Shown one piece after another: positions 37,415-50,095 of a DNA stretch of 64,000 bases (positions are counted from its first letter, which is position 1; each line of letters opens with the position of its first letter). The notes under the pieces were generated by a model. It made no database searches and was not told where the DNA came from. It saw only the letters and a program-made list of their open reading frames with translations. Source of the DNA: Octopus sinensis (taxonomy: Eukaryota); NCBI RefSeq assembly GCF_006345805.1, contig NC_043011.1:30268464-30332463 (forward strand), read 5' to 3'. The position numbers and the translations under genes were made by a program.

Positions 37415-38359
37415 CCTGTCTTTTAACCAGGGTCTGTTTGCATAACGAAGTTTATTACAAGTACTCACGTAAAATTATTTCCAATGTGTGTTAGGGTTAT
37501 TAAATTTTGAAGTTATAAACTACAAGCATTTACGTATGAAAGGAACCAATACACCCACAACACACACGTATAGAAACTTACACGTGTTTGTGCACATGCA
37601 AGTATGTAGGCGGATACAAAACTTCCATATAAAACCACTCCGGGTTAGTAAAACGATCCAATATCATCAAAACGACAAGTGCATGATGCACAAACACACA
37701 CACACACACACACAAGAGAGAGAGAGAGAGAGAGAGGAGAAGAGAGAGAGAAAGAAAGAGAGAGAGAGAAAGAAAGAGAGAGAGAGAAAGAAAGAGAGAT
37801 GTACACACATTCACACGTCCAAATTCCGACACAACTTCAAACTGGAACACTAACAGCATTCATCTCAAAGTTCATTTTCGCATTTGGTTTGCAAAATTCT
37901 TGATGTGAACTCGTGTGTTTATTATTGACATAATGACACTCCCCAGATGTAACACAACCCTCTTCAATGTTTTTTAAAGTTACACACTCACACACACACA
38001 TTTACGAACCAATAATTCTGGAAGTATTCTTATTCTTATTACTTGCTTGAACAAAACATAACTTACGTACATAAAAACATGTATAGGTAACACACGTGCA
38101 TTCAATGCGCAACAACTCTCGCGTAAATCTCGTTAAGTGGAAGAAATTTCAATGAACTTGTAACGACAACATTCAAGCTCTTCCGAAATATTCAACACCT
38201 GGTTTTCAAATGGCACAACAGATAACAAAGCAGTAACCTAATAATATCACAGCTAAACTCTCTTTACATCCTAAACAATTTACACTAATACACGTGCATG
38301 TACCCTCCCTAGATATTTTATTCAGCTTCGCACTATTTGATGCTATTAAAAAAAAAATT

Positions 38360-39097
38360 AATAAATGCGCCCTTTTAAAGACTAGCCAGGCTCATGGGCC
38401 CAGTTTCCCGGTTTCAATGGCGTATGTTTTCCCCAGCTAGATGGGACGCCAGTCCATCGAAGCGTTACCCATTTTTGCCAGCTGAGTGGACTGGAGCAAC
38501 GTGAAATGAAGTGTTTTGCTCAAGAACACAACGCGTCTCCCGGTCCAGGAATCGGACCCACACTCTTACGATCATGATGCTGACACCCTAACCACTAAGC
38601 CACGCGCCTCCACATCTTAAAACCTAGCCAGGCTCATGGACCCGGTTTCCCGGTTTCAATGGCGTATGTTTTCCCAGCTAGATGGGACGCCAGTCCATCG
38701 AAGCGTTACTCATTTTTGCCAGCTGAGTGGACTGGAGCAACGTGAAATGAAGTGTTTTGCTCAAGAACACAACGCGTCTCCCGGTCCAGGAATCGGACCC
38801 ACACTCTTACGATCATGATGCTGAGACCCTAACCACTAAGCCACGCGCCTCCACATCTTAAAACCTAGCCAGGCTCATGGACCCGGTTTCCCGGTTTCAA
38901 TGGCGTATGTGTTCCCCAGCCGGATGGGACGCCAGTCCATCGCAGCGTTACTCATTTTTGCCAGCTGAGTGGACTGGAGCAACGTGAAATGAAGTGTTTT
39001 GCTCAAGAACACAACGCGTCTCCCGGTCCAGGAATCGAACCCACACTCTTACGATCATGATGCTGAGACCCTAACCACTAAGCAACGCGCCTCCACA
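38360..39097 (-). mobile_element. Head-to-tail trimer of SINE family C (~241-bp period)
   Basis: Units start ctagccaggctcatgg at ~38381, ~38623 and ~38865, joined by ccacatcttaaaac. Confidence 0.9.
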
Positions 39098-39984
39098 TTT
39101 ACTGCTATTTCTACTTGGCAAATAATTTCTCCAACTCTACCACCAATTATCATCACGACACATTCGTACATGAATGAAGGAGGCAAATTCAGTTGGACAA
39201 ATTTCAAAAGAGTCCAATGAGGAAACAGTGTCAATGTTTTCAGAATCCAACAGTAGGAAAATCAGCAATGAAGAAATACTGTAATGCATAAAATTCAGCG
39301 AAATAAATTCGACACTTCCGAATGACACATCCCGCACGGCAACATTACAATACATTTTCAGTTACACACCAAAAATAGTCAATCTCATAAAAACCAGAAA
39401 TAACCTCGAGCAGCATACAGTATGACACTAAAATCGAACACAACTTTGAAAGACAACTCACCATCAAACAACTGATAAAAATACACACATACGTACGCAC
39501 GCACACACACATACACACATAAATAAATATGTATATACATGCATACGTATACACATATATGCGTATATATAAATATACATATACATTTATATTTACATTC
39601 ATATATACATAATTACACATATATGCATACATTCACACATGCACAAACATATTTATGTATATGCATAGATATACATATATATACATATATAAACATACAT
39701 ATATGCGTATATATGCGTATTTATGTGTGTATGTATATATATATATACAAACATATAGATAGATAGATAGATAGATAGTTAAACATACATACATACATAC
39801 ATACATACATATCTTTAATATTTTTCAGTAGAGGCTGGGGCCATGCTGGAGCATCGCCATTCAGTATGCTAGGGTTTCATTTCTGTACTGTTTTTGGTGA
39901 AGTAACGAGTTGAACGAAGTTGTTCTTTGTGTCTCCTGCAGCGATGTAGGTTAATCTGGTATTTCAGATAAAAATTTGTCCAGG

Positions 39985-40762
39985 CTCTTTAAAGACCACC
40001 ACATCTACACGTGGCAAATCTCTGAGGTTGTTTGGCAGAATGTCGAACAAATGTATATCCTTGAAACCCAAACTGTTACAGTACTGGGTCCTTATAGAGA
40101 TGGAGAGGATAGGATATTTGGTATTATGCATTGCCGTCCAGTGGTTGATACAGCTTTCAGTTTCTCAGCTGGGAGCCAGACATTCCAGTATCTTCCATAT
40201 GTATATCACTGCATATCTTTCACGCTTTCTTTCTAGAGAGTGTGTCCAAGATGTGGGTTGGACGATGAAACCGTTCAACACGCTTTTGTACAATGTCGGG
40301 AGCTGTCAAGCTTGATAAGTTACGTTGAACACGTGTTGTCGCATCTGGGACGAGTACGGCTGGATCTATGATAAAGATGATACCGCCAACTGGACGCTCA
40401 AAGGAAGGTAAAGCTTGTTTTTACTGTACGGCGGCAGTACTGAAAGAGTGTGTGGAGAACCAGAATGGAAGGTTTAGTGACGGGGTCCTTTGTCTCTGGC
40501 CCCGGTTTGTTAAACTACTTCAGATATCATCTGAAGAGCAAGATGGGGTTGGAGAAGAGGAGCCTGCCACAGAAAGAGTATGTGAAACGTTGGAAGGATG
40601 TGATGAGAAAGGTGGGTGTTAGTAACCCAGCTTAATCATCAAAGAAAGGAAAACTTAGTTGCTGGGCCTTATAGGCTGCCGGGTTCAAAATTCGGAACCT
40701 GCACTTCTCCCCCTTTTCATTTTAACATATGTTATGTTTTCTAATGTTATTATTAAAAAAAA
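39985..40762 (+). mobile_element. Tx1/L1-clade LINE 3' end with A-tail
   Basis: CPRCGLDDETVQHAFVQC CCHC motif, ...KECVWRTRMEGL...YFRYHLKSK...KRWK; same family as 12.6-14.3 kb; short poly(A) at ~40755. Confidence 0.82.
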
Positions 40763-40847
40763 CGCACTAAATTTCTCGTTATAAAGGCAAAAGTAAGCCA
40801 AGTTTTCGTTTAAAGGCAAAAAGTAAGCCAAGTTTTCGTTTATGTCA

Positions 40848-41226
40848 TACTAGCAGTATCGCCCGGCGTTGCTCGGGTTTGTAAGGGAAATAACTATAAA
40901 GCATTTTCAGAGAGTTATAGCCAAAAAATAGCAAAAAAATGGAAAAAAAATGATGGTAAATTTTTTGGGGAGAGTTAAAAGGGTCGAGTTGCGTCCCCTA
41001 GACAGTCTGTGGTTTGTGTTTCTGATTCTCGACCCCATGTCGAATTTATCGATTTTTTTCAGAACTGGGGGAACTTTTCAAAATTTAGTTTTGAATTATG
41101 ACATTGAGCTATGAGTGTGTCAAGTTTCATCAGAATCGGTTGAAAGCCGTGGTCAGGGTGAGGGTACAACCTGACAGACACACAGACACACACACAGACA
41201 AACTGCCGTTTATATATAGAGAGATT
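40848..41226 (+). mobile_element. Helentron-associated/DINE-like element
   Basis: tactagcagtatcgcccggcgttgctcggg start, gacaaactgccgtttatatatagagagat end; homologous to 24876-25276. Confidence 0.65.
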
Positions 41227-41329
41227 ATAACTAAATTTTTAAGTTTCATTCGAACTCTCATAACATTCTTTGTAATTGTTTGTCTTGTTATGTCCAAATC
41301 TATGTAAAATCGTATGATTATAATAATAA

Positions 41330-42386
41330 AGATTTTATCTTTCTAGAGAGTAGAGCTTCAATTACTTCAGCGCCTCTTTTAGCCCATCTGTTTCACCGAG
41401 TCAATTTTCTTTGTGTAATGGTGCTGGTTTTCTGCAAGTTCCGGCAGCTGTTTGACGCTCTACAGTCGCGTACCGTCTCTGACTCTGGTATTGCACTATC
41501 CCTTGGTCCTATGTATTCCAATTGTAGTCTGTGGGCCGATTGTAGAGTGATTGAAACTTCTCAGCATTAAACTGCAATTTATTTACATCAGCCCATTTAT
41601 AAACTGCATGTAGGTCCATTTTCAGTTTTACTATGAGTTGTAGAAGGATCCCGGCCAACGTCAGGTGACTGAAAGTGGACTAACGCATTTCAATAAAATA
41701 AAGAAACTGTGTGAACTGTCGGTAGTTGACAGAGTGGTTGACAACGGCACAGTTGACAGCGTTGATTGTCCGTATTGGCTACTCTCAGTTTAACATCGTA
41801 ACTACGTTTGGAGTAGTACGGAGTGCATTCTGTGTGAACATATTAATTCTGCGAAAGGTTATTCTAGATAACCGTATTCAAATATCAGAAATATTAAATT
41901 TCTAAATATCTCATGGGGGTGTTTGTCTCCTCTTCGTAAATATATAAGGACACAGGAAATGTGTCAAGGCCGACAGGAAGCGTCGATGCTTCCTAGGGCT
42001 AAATAGCGGTGGTGTAATTCCCTTACGGGACTGTCACGTTAAGTTGACAGTATACAACCACCCGTATTCAAATATTTATTTGGGTAATACTATTCTTACA
42101 CCCCAAGTTGTACAACTCTCGCCATAACAGTATGGTATCAGGGTCCTTAACCGCCTGTATCATCAGCATTACTGGTGAGAATGGCTCACTGTATGGTTGA
42201 GCGCACGTCTGAGAGAGCCCCCATAAATAGTAGTGGTTCCCTGAGGGACCCCGTTGCGAACTGATGTCCCCACAGACAGAGCGCTATTGGTTGCAACTGT
42301 CTGAGTTGTACCTTTTAGAAAGTCATGCAGCCGCCCTCCTAGTTTTCTAGTGATACAAAGATTACGCAGTTTGTGATATAACATCC
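41330..42386 (-). mobile_element. Decayed CR1-clade LINE fragment with an internal ~490-bp insertion
   Basis: GVPQGT and (N)ADDT RT motifs at 42.1-42.4 kb; YKWADVNKLQFNAEKFQ and KLYSLERR at 41.3-41.6 kb. Confidence 0.72.
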
Positions 42387-43467
42387 TGTTGTAAAGCGGT
42401 CTTTTGTCACTGTTGTATCTGTATTTTGACCACAGTGGTCGCTCTGACAGACATTGTTATATTCCGAAGTCGTCAATAGAATGGTTCTATCTGACACTGT
42501 ATGACCCCCCCCCCCAGTCGTACAATGTTATTATCTTCAAAAGGTTGGATCATTACAACATCCACTCAGTATCACAGTATAATTTTTATCTCAGCACAGA
42601 CACGACTGTCAACACAGTCTAACACATACTCTACGTACTCTCAACCTTCTTGACCTTCTCTGTCGACAGGCTAACTGGCCTATTTATAATGGCTAGCTAC
42701 TACCAATTTTTACCAGGAGAGGTGTACTGTTTTACTATACAACATCTCCCCTTTAAAATTTTTTATTAACACTCAATTTCTTTTATTTACCCTGCCGCCT
42801 ATATAAATACACACACACACATACACACACACACACAAACACACACACATACAATATCTTTTCTTCTTAGGGTCTATGTTTAGGAATTCAGTGTTCTTCC
42901 TTTTCTTTGTACGTGTGGTTTCGACTTCTTGTAATGGTGTTGGAACCTGAAAAGTGTCATATAGTCAATCCATTGGTATTTCTACTCTTGTTGGCTCCTT
43001 TTCTATGACTCTTTCTTTAAGCTGATTTTTCTGTCTCCTTTCCATTCCATTCCTGCTTCTTGCACCATACAACATTCTTCCTATGTATGTTACAATTTCT
43101 TCTGCTCGGTATTGCTTGCCATTTTTGTACATTCTTACAAATTTTTGTACATACCTTATCACCGATTCTAAAGAATGTTGTCATGTCTTTAGCAGCTCGT
43201 ACTTTGTCTTCACAGTTTATCGAATAGTAACTTCACCTTTCTGGTAAACATTAATACTTCTAGTGAACTTCCTTCTGGCGCATTTAGGTTCGGTGTTACC
43301 CTATATACCCTTAAGAACTGTTGGATCGTGACCTCGTCCGGGCTTCTTTATTAGCTTTCTTTAGAGCTCTCTTAAAAGTGTGCACGAATCGTTCGGCCCA
43401 TCCATTCTATCTAGAGTGATACGGTGCTATAGTTTTATGGGCTAACGTGACCATCTCGCAAAATCTT

Positions 43468-43944
43468 TTAAACACACAGGATACAAACTGTCCCTTTATC
43501 AGAGACAATTATATCCGGTACACCAAATCTTGCGAACAGCTCGTGTAAGAAGTGTATTACCGTATATGAGGTTAGTCGTTTACGCCTCGCGACATCAGGC
43601 CATTTTGTGTAGCTGTTCACTACTATTAAGTAATAATGTCCTTTTACCGGGCCTGCAAAATCGATATGCAATCGGGACCATTGTATTTTCACTTCCGGCC
43701 AAGATCCACATTTTGTAGTGGGTAGTTTCGCTGCCAGCGCACATCCCCTGCAGCCTTTTGCCAGGTCTTCAACTTCTTTGTACATGTTTAGCCAGTGTAG
43801 AAAACTTCGCATCAGCGCTTCCATTCCAGAGATGCTTGGGTGTCCCACATGCAACTCTTTCAGCATTCTCTTCTGTAATGTCCGTGGTATAACCACCCTC
43901 TGAGCGTACATTAGTACACCATCACATATAAAGTACACGTTCAC
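43468..43944 (-). pseudogene. Gypsy integrase (HHCC zinc-binding + start of catalytic core)
   Basis: LHVGHPSI...CRGC...WSRLHIDFAGP...FARFGVPDIIVSDKGT. Confidence 0.88.
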
Positions 43945-44173
43945 ATCGCCGGGCGGTTATTTGCATCAGACCTTTCTTTATTTCCTTTTGCTGACCACAG
44001 TTCTCTTTTTGTCTCATTAATAAATTTATCAATTCTCGCATTTCTTTTTATTTCTTCCTAAATTACAGGTTGTTCATGTTTTCTTTTTTTGTTTCTGTTC
44101 ATCGACCTTGTTCGATCGTTTGACTGCTCCGTTTACGCTGTTGCACAAAGCGCTTATGGGTGTATCCCATAAA

Positions 44174-44515
44174 TTAAATTTCTCCATACATTCGGTGCCA
44201 AAGAAATTCATGGATTTTTTCAACACATAAACATTCACTTTTTTCGGTTCGACTTTTGAAAATTATTTTACAAACGCGTTCGCTCGTGAAATGTAATTTC
44301 CTTCCCGTAGTACCGTACGCTATTTTGTTTGAACTGCATAATTTTGGTTTACCCATTTGTTCCCATGTTTTCTCATTTATGATTGTGATATCACTTCCCG
44401 TGTCTAATTGCATTCTGACACTAGTATTTTCCATTCTCACATTCACGGATTTTCTGTTTGCTGTAGTTACAACTGTTTTATTAACAAACAATTTATTTTT
44501 TCCTGTTTGTTCCAT
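44174..44515 (-). pseudogene. Gypsy aspartic protease
   Basis: VRMQLDTGSDITIINEKTWEQMGKP (DTG catalytic motif). Confidence 0.85.
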
Positions 44516-44598
44516 TTTCCTATCATTCTAGTTTTGCAGTGCGATTTTATATGTCCTGTAAACCCGCAGCGAAAACACTTTGCTTTTACGGCGGTATG

Positions 44599-44685
44599 TA
44601 TTCTAAAATTGGAACGATACAGAGAGGATTAGCATGGCCCCTGCGCAAAGATAACACGCAAATTCGTGAAGCGTTCCATATTTTT
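44599..44685 (+). pseudogene. U6: 5'-truncated U6 snRNA copy
   Basis: tattctaaaattggaacgatacagagaggattagcatggcccctgcgcaaagataacacgcaaattcgtgaagcgttccatattttt; about 4 mismatches to canonical metazoan U6 over 87 nt, ACAGAGA box and AGC triad intact. Confidence 0.95.
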
Positions 44686-44686
44686 C

Positions 44687-44831
44687 TAGGCGCAGGAGTG
44701 GCTGTGTGGTAAGTAGCTTGTTTACCAACCACATGGTTCCGGGTTCAATCTTCTACTATAGCCTCGGGCTGACCAAAGCCTTTTGAGTGGATTTTGTAGA
44801 CGGAAAATGAAAGAAGCCCGTCGTATATATG

Positions 44832-44863
<32 letters not shown>

Positions 44864-45082
44864 CGTGTATGTTTGTGTGTCTGTGTTTGTCCCCCTAGCA
44901 TTGCTTGACAACCGATGCTGGTGTATTTATGTCCCCGTCACTTAGCGGTTCGGCAAAAGAGACCGATAGAATAAGTACTGGGCTTACAAAGAATAAGTCC
45001 CGGGATCGAGTTGCTCGATTAAAGGCGGTGCTCCAGCATGGCCGCAGTCAAAATGACTGAAACAAGTAAAAAAAAAAAAAAA
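44687..45082 (+). mobile_element. SINE family A fused to U6, ending in poly(A)
   Basis: taggcgcaggagtggc head follows U6 after one base; internal deletion after the B box; A15 tail at 45068-45082. Confidence 0.9.
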
Positions 45083-46711
45083 GACAGTCTTTTTTCAGGT
45101 GCATCCCACCACATGCTGTACATAGGTCTACATCCCGATATTTTTTCTGTATTTCTTGCAACAATTTATTTGTCTTCCGACTTTTTGCACTGGTCTTGTG
45201 TGGAAACACTCTTTCCGTTGAATTTCTTCCGTGTCAGGCCTTAATTTTAATATCTTGTCACACTCTTCCGACAGTTTCTGTAATATCAAATCCTGGTTCA
45301 ATTCCAGTTTTGCTAGAGTTTTCGTTCGGATTTTTGCATCCTTTCTATCTGTCAATCCTTATGCAAAAATCAAACATTTGAAAGAATCTGGAGTAAGCAT
45401 ATCTAGCCTAAATTTCTCACCTTCTTTGTCGACTCTGCCAGTGTAAGTAGTGAAGTCTTCATTTTTGCTCTTTTCTGTGTATAAACATCTCCATCTAGTA
45501 TTAGACAGTGAGCTCTTTTCACTAAACATTTTGCACAAAATGTCAACTTTGTCAATGAAATTTTTGTCGGACACGTTTTCTGTCAATATGAAGTTACTAT
45601 AATTCTCATGCTCTGCTGTCTTTAGTTTTCTTTAAAATAAACGCGTTTTCATATCGTACGTCCAATCCTGGCATCCTTTTTCAAGATTTGTTGAAGTCTT
45701 CGAAAGTAAACCACGAAGGTTACTCTTCCTTCGGGGTCATATATGAATTCGCTTATGGAATTTGCTACATGGCCAGGTGAAAATGTATTCTCCGGTTTGA
45801 TTATCAATTTCATTAGTTGTCACATTTTCTGATGCAATCCTTGTTGTTGGTCTCATTGTTCTTTGAGATGTTGTTGCTGTTTTTGCAACTCTACTATCCC
45901 AGCTAACAAGTCTTCCAATATTTTACGATTTTCGTAAGTTTGCACAAGATTTTTGTGTCGTTTTTGTCGAGGTATTTAATTTTCCACGTGAATTAGTTTA
46001 AACTTCCTTTTCATTCTGCGTAAATTTGTTTTTCCTCGTCTCCACTGTTGTAAAGTGGTCTTTTGCCACTGTTGTATCTGTCTTTTGACGACGGTGGTCG
46101 CTCTGACAGACATTGTTATATTCCGAAGTCGTCGATAGAATGGTTTTATCTGTCACTGTACGACACCCCAATCGTAGTGTTATTATTCTTAAAAAGTTGA
46201 TCGTTATAACGTCCACTCAGTATCACAGTATAATTACTATTTCAGCACAGACACGACTATCAACGACTATCAACACAGTCTAACACGTACTCTCGACTTT
46301 TTCATGTATCGTTGTACAGGACAGCTGGCCCATTGATGTGAATATGTCTTTGAAATTCAAAGAGAAAAAGGATAACTATGGACAACTGCTTTGAAACCTC
46401 CAGCTTATATATCCATAAAAATTCACATGTATGCCAATAATAATTGCTGCTCTTGGTTTTATGAGCAAATGCCTCACTGATAATCTGGATAAGCCAGAGC
46501 TTTCAGAAAAACAAATCAACCAACTCGCACATTACAAATACAACCTGTAGGTGGAACAGAAAAGATATACAAGACTTTTCTCAAGTTTAACATGTGACAT
46601 TCTTTTTGTTATCTACATTCCAGTGATGGAGCTTTGTAGCTATGTTAGAAACCTGCTACTTCCTTAGAGGAAGACTTTAAATAGTTAAAACAAAAGAGAA
46701 CACACGCGCAC

Positions 46712-46746
<35 letters not shown>

Positions 46747-46756
46747 TAGTAGTAGT

Positions 46757-46965
46757 AGTACCTCTGTTTTCGAACAACTCTGATCGCGAATAAATCGTGC
46801 TTTATATCTATAGATAGATATAGATATCTATGAAGCACGATTTATTCATGATCAGAGACGTTCGTAAACCGATGTACTACTGTATTAAATGAATATAAGA
46901 AAAACAAGAGATAAAGTACTAATTAATTCGTGATCAGGGTTGTTCGAAAACCGATGGTCTACTGT
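46757..46965. repeat. Foldback/MITE with three related terminal-repeat copies
   Basis: gttttcgaacaactctgatcgcgaataaatcgtgc inverted at ~46830-46880 and again at ~46925-46965. Confidence 0.6.
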
Positions 46966-46966
46966 G

Positions 46967-47025
<59 letters not shown>

Positions 47026-47034
47026 TATATATAT

Positions 47035-47253
47035 AGTTAATCCAAACATGAAAACACAAAGAGAAAACACAACAACGCGAGGACGTGGAACAAGTGTAGT
47101 ATTATTGGATACCAAGGAAAGAATGAGGGTTTAACGTTTCGAGCGGAGCTCTTCGTCAGAAACATAGGAAAAGGAAAGATCCAAAGAAGGGAAGACGGAG
47201 GGAAAAGAATCGCCAACGGTACACACGCGGTCACATTTTGAATGACCGGAAGG

Positions 47254-47255
<2 letters not shown>
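47035..47255 (-). mobile_element. ~220-bp (TA)n-flanked hammerhead-bearing mini element
   Basis: Unique sequence between two (TA)n runs; homologous to 51961-52155. Confidence 0.65.
47129..47163 (-). ncRNA. Minimal type I hammerhead
   Basis: gttt-CTGACGA-a-gagc tcc gctc-GAA-acgt-T-aaac; loopless palindromic stem III, extra A after A9. Confidence 0.62.
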
Positions 47256-47317
<62 letters not shown>

Positions 47318-47574
47318 TCATGGCATCATCAGCAACAACAAAACTTCCAATCTTTTCTTATATCTTTTGCTTGTTTCAGTCGACTTCGGCCATGCTGGGG
47401 CACCACCTTGAAGAATTTCTAATCAAATGAACCGATCCCAGTACTTATTTATTTAGTTGTACTTAACCTTAGTCCTTATTCTATCGGTCACTTTTGCCGG
47501 ACCGCTAAGTTACGGGGACGTAAACTAACCAATAACAGCTGTCAAGCAGTGGCTGGAAGCACACTGAGACACAA

Positions 47575-47606
<32 letters not shown>

Positions 47607-47714
47607 CACACACACACACATATATATAATCATGGTATATGCTGTTAAGAACGTAGTAGGGTACTCTATCCACTCCTTACGAAAATAAAAAATGAAAAAT
47701 GCTCAACATTTTCA

Positions 47715-47908
47715 GGCGTAGGAGTGGCTGTGTGGTAAGTAGCTTGCTTACCAACCACATGGTTCCGGGTTCAGTCCCACTGCGTGGCACCTTGGGCAAG
47801 TGTCTTCTACTATAGCCTCGAGCCGACCAAAGCCTTGTGAGTGGATTTGGTAGACAGAAACTGAAAGAAGCCCGTCGTATATATGTATATATATATATTA
47901 TATATATA

Positions 47909-47940
<32 letters not shown>

Positions 47941-48154
47941 GCGTATGTGTATATGTTTGTCCCCCCAGCATCGCTTGACAACCGATGCTGGTGTGTTTAC
48001 GTCCCCGTAACTTAGCGGTTCGGCAAAAAGAGACCGATAGAATAAGTACTAGGCTTACAAAGAATAAGCCCTGGGGTCGGTTTGCTCGACTAAAAGGTGG
48101 TGCTCCAGCATGGCCACAGTCAAATGACTGAAACAAGTAAAAGAGTAAAAGAGT
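47715..48154 (+). mobile_element. SINE family A
   Basis: Full-length match. Confidence 0.9.
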
Positions 48155-48254
48155 AACACTTCCTCATGATTTACTATAATTTACTGAGAGTTAACATTCT
48201 GTCAGCCCACTAAACTCTATTTACTGTAAAACCACACGTTTTCCCAGCATCTAC

Positions 48255-48470
48255 TGCATTTACGAATGGAGTACCGCAAGGATCAATTCTTTCGCCGATA
48301 CTTTTCAGTTTACACCTTCAACGGCCTTCCCACATATCTACAAAGCATACATCCAACCTCGTATGTAGATAATATCGCTCTCACATCCTGCCACCATTCC
48401 TCCAGATACCGCTGCAACACTCCGCCAGCCTTAATTGATTCACCTAGTAACCTGACTCCAAAAGCATACT
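48255..48470 (+). mobile_element. Short non-LTR RT fragment
   Basis: NGVPQGSIL... followed by YVDNIALTS (degenerate YADD motif). Confidence 0.6.
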
Positions 48471-49284
48471 GACACGCATACAAACCACACAACACAAATC
48501 TAGCTACACTTATACATCACCATACACACACACACACACACAAGTGCCAACTTAAACAAACGTACGCACAGACATATACCCATACATTTAGTAATACATA
48601 TCCTCATACAAACACACACACAAATGCACCCTTCCCCACACATACAAACACACATACTTATCCTGACATCCATGCAGCAGCACAGACATACACGCATACA
48701 TATAGTAATACATATTCGCATACATACACGTAACTAATACTGGCACACACACACGTACACACATACGTACACAGACAAACACACATTCACACACACTTAT
48801 ATAGGCGGAAGCGTGGCTGTGTGGTAAGAAGCTTGCTTCCCAACCACATGGTTTCGGGTTCAGTCCCACTGCTTGGCACCTTGGGCAAGTGTCTTCCACT
48901 TTAGTCTGGGGGCCCCCCAAAGCCTTATCAGTCAATTTCTTAGACGGAAACTGAAAGAAGCTCGTCGTATATATATATATATATATATAAATCCTTAAAA
49001 ATGTTTTAGCCCGAAGGCCGCGGCCATGCTGGGGCATGTGTGTGTGTGTGTGTCATTGTGTCTCTTTTTGTCCCACCGGCACTACTTGACAACCGGTGTT
49101 GGTGTGGTTGCGTCCCCGTAACGTAGCGGTTCGGCAAAAGATACCGATAGAATAAGTACCAGGCTTATTCCGGTAGAATGAGTAGAATAAGTACTGGGGT
49201 CGATTCATTCGCCTAAAATGAAATTCAAGGCAGTGCCCTAGCATAACTGCAGTCTAATGAGTGAAACAAGTAAAAAAAAGTACG

Positions 49285-49354
49285 TGCCAACCAAAGCCCT
49301 TGTGAGTGGATTTAGTAGACGGAAACTGAAAGAAGCCCGCCGTATATATGTATA

Positions 49355-49390
<36 letters not shown>

Positions 49391-49610
49391 TGTATGTATG
49401 TATGTATGTCGTATGTATGTATGCATGCATGCATGCATGCATGCATGCATGCATGCATGCATGTATGTTGTTGTATGTATGTATGTTATGTATGCATGCA
49501 TGCATCATGCATGCATGCATGCATGTATGTATGTAATTTATGTATGATATGCATGCATGCATGCATGCATGCATGCATCATGCATGCATGCATGCATGCA
49601 TTATGGTATG

Positions 49611-49641
<31 letters not shown>

Positions 49642-50095
49642 TGTATGCATGCCATGCATGCATGCATGTATGTATGTATGTATGTATGTATGTATGTATG
49701 TATGTGTGTGTGTGTATGTATGTATGTATGTATGTATGTAGTATGTATGTATGTGTGTGTGTATGTGTGTGTGTATGTATGTATGTATGTATGTATGTAT
49801 GTATGTATGTATGCATGCATGTATGTATGTATGTGTGTGTATTTGTATGTGTGTGTCTGTCGGTCTGTCTGTGTTTGTCCCTCAACATCGCTAGACAACC
49901 GATGCTGGTGTGTTTACATCCTCGTAACCTAGCGGTTCGGCATAAGAGACCGACAGAATAAGTACTAGGCTTACAAATAATAAGTCCTCCGCTCGATTTG
50001 CTCGACTAAAGGCGGTGCTCCAGCATGGCCAAAGTCAAATGACAGAAACAAATAAAAGAATAAAAAGATAAAAGAATACACACATACATACACAC
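49285..50095 (+). mobile_element. SINE family A with greatly expanded internal (TATG)/(TGCA) microsatellite
   Basis: Family A middle and 3' halves separated by ~500 bp of tetranucleotide repeat. Confidence 0.8.

Larger units (their letters stand above)
42387..46330 (-). mobile_element. Ty3/gypsy LTR retrotransposon, Mag-like (gag with tandem zinc knuckles, protease, integrase; RT/RNase H absent)
   Basis: 3' LTR 42387-42744 (TGTTGT...ACAACA) preceded by PPT aaaggggaga; partial 5' LTR from 46046 followed by PBS TGGAGACGAGGA (near-complement of the tRNA-Ser(GCU) 3' end); CTACGGMHLKKDC and CFRCGFTGHIKSHC; QLDTGSDITII; integrase motifs. Confidence 0.88.

Noticed and set aside
38360-39097. Regularly spaced repeats as a CRISPR-like array
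   Set aside because: Units are whole ~241-bp SINEs with no unique spacers, in eukaryotic context.
44576-44598. Apparent 5' end of U6 (cactttgcttttacggcgg)
   Set aside because: On the minus strand it belongs to the gypsy gag sequence leading into CFRCGFTGH; the resemblance to the U6 5' stem-loop is weak, so U6 is treated as 5'-truncated.
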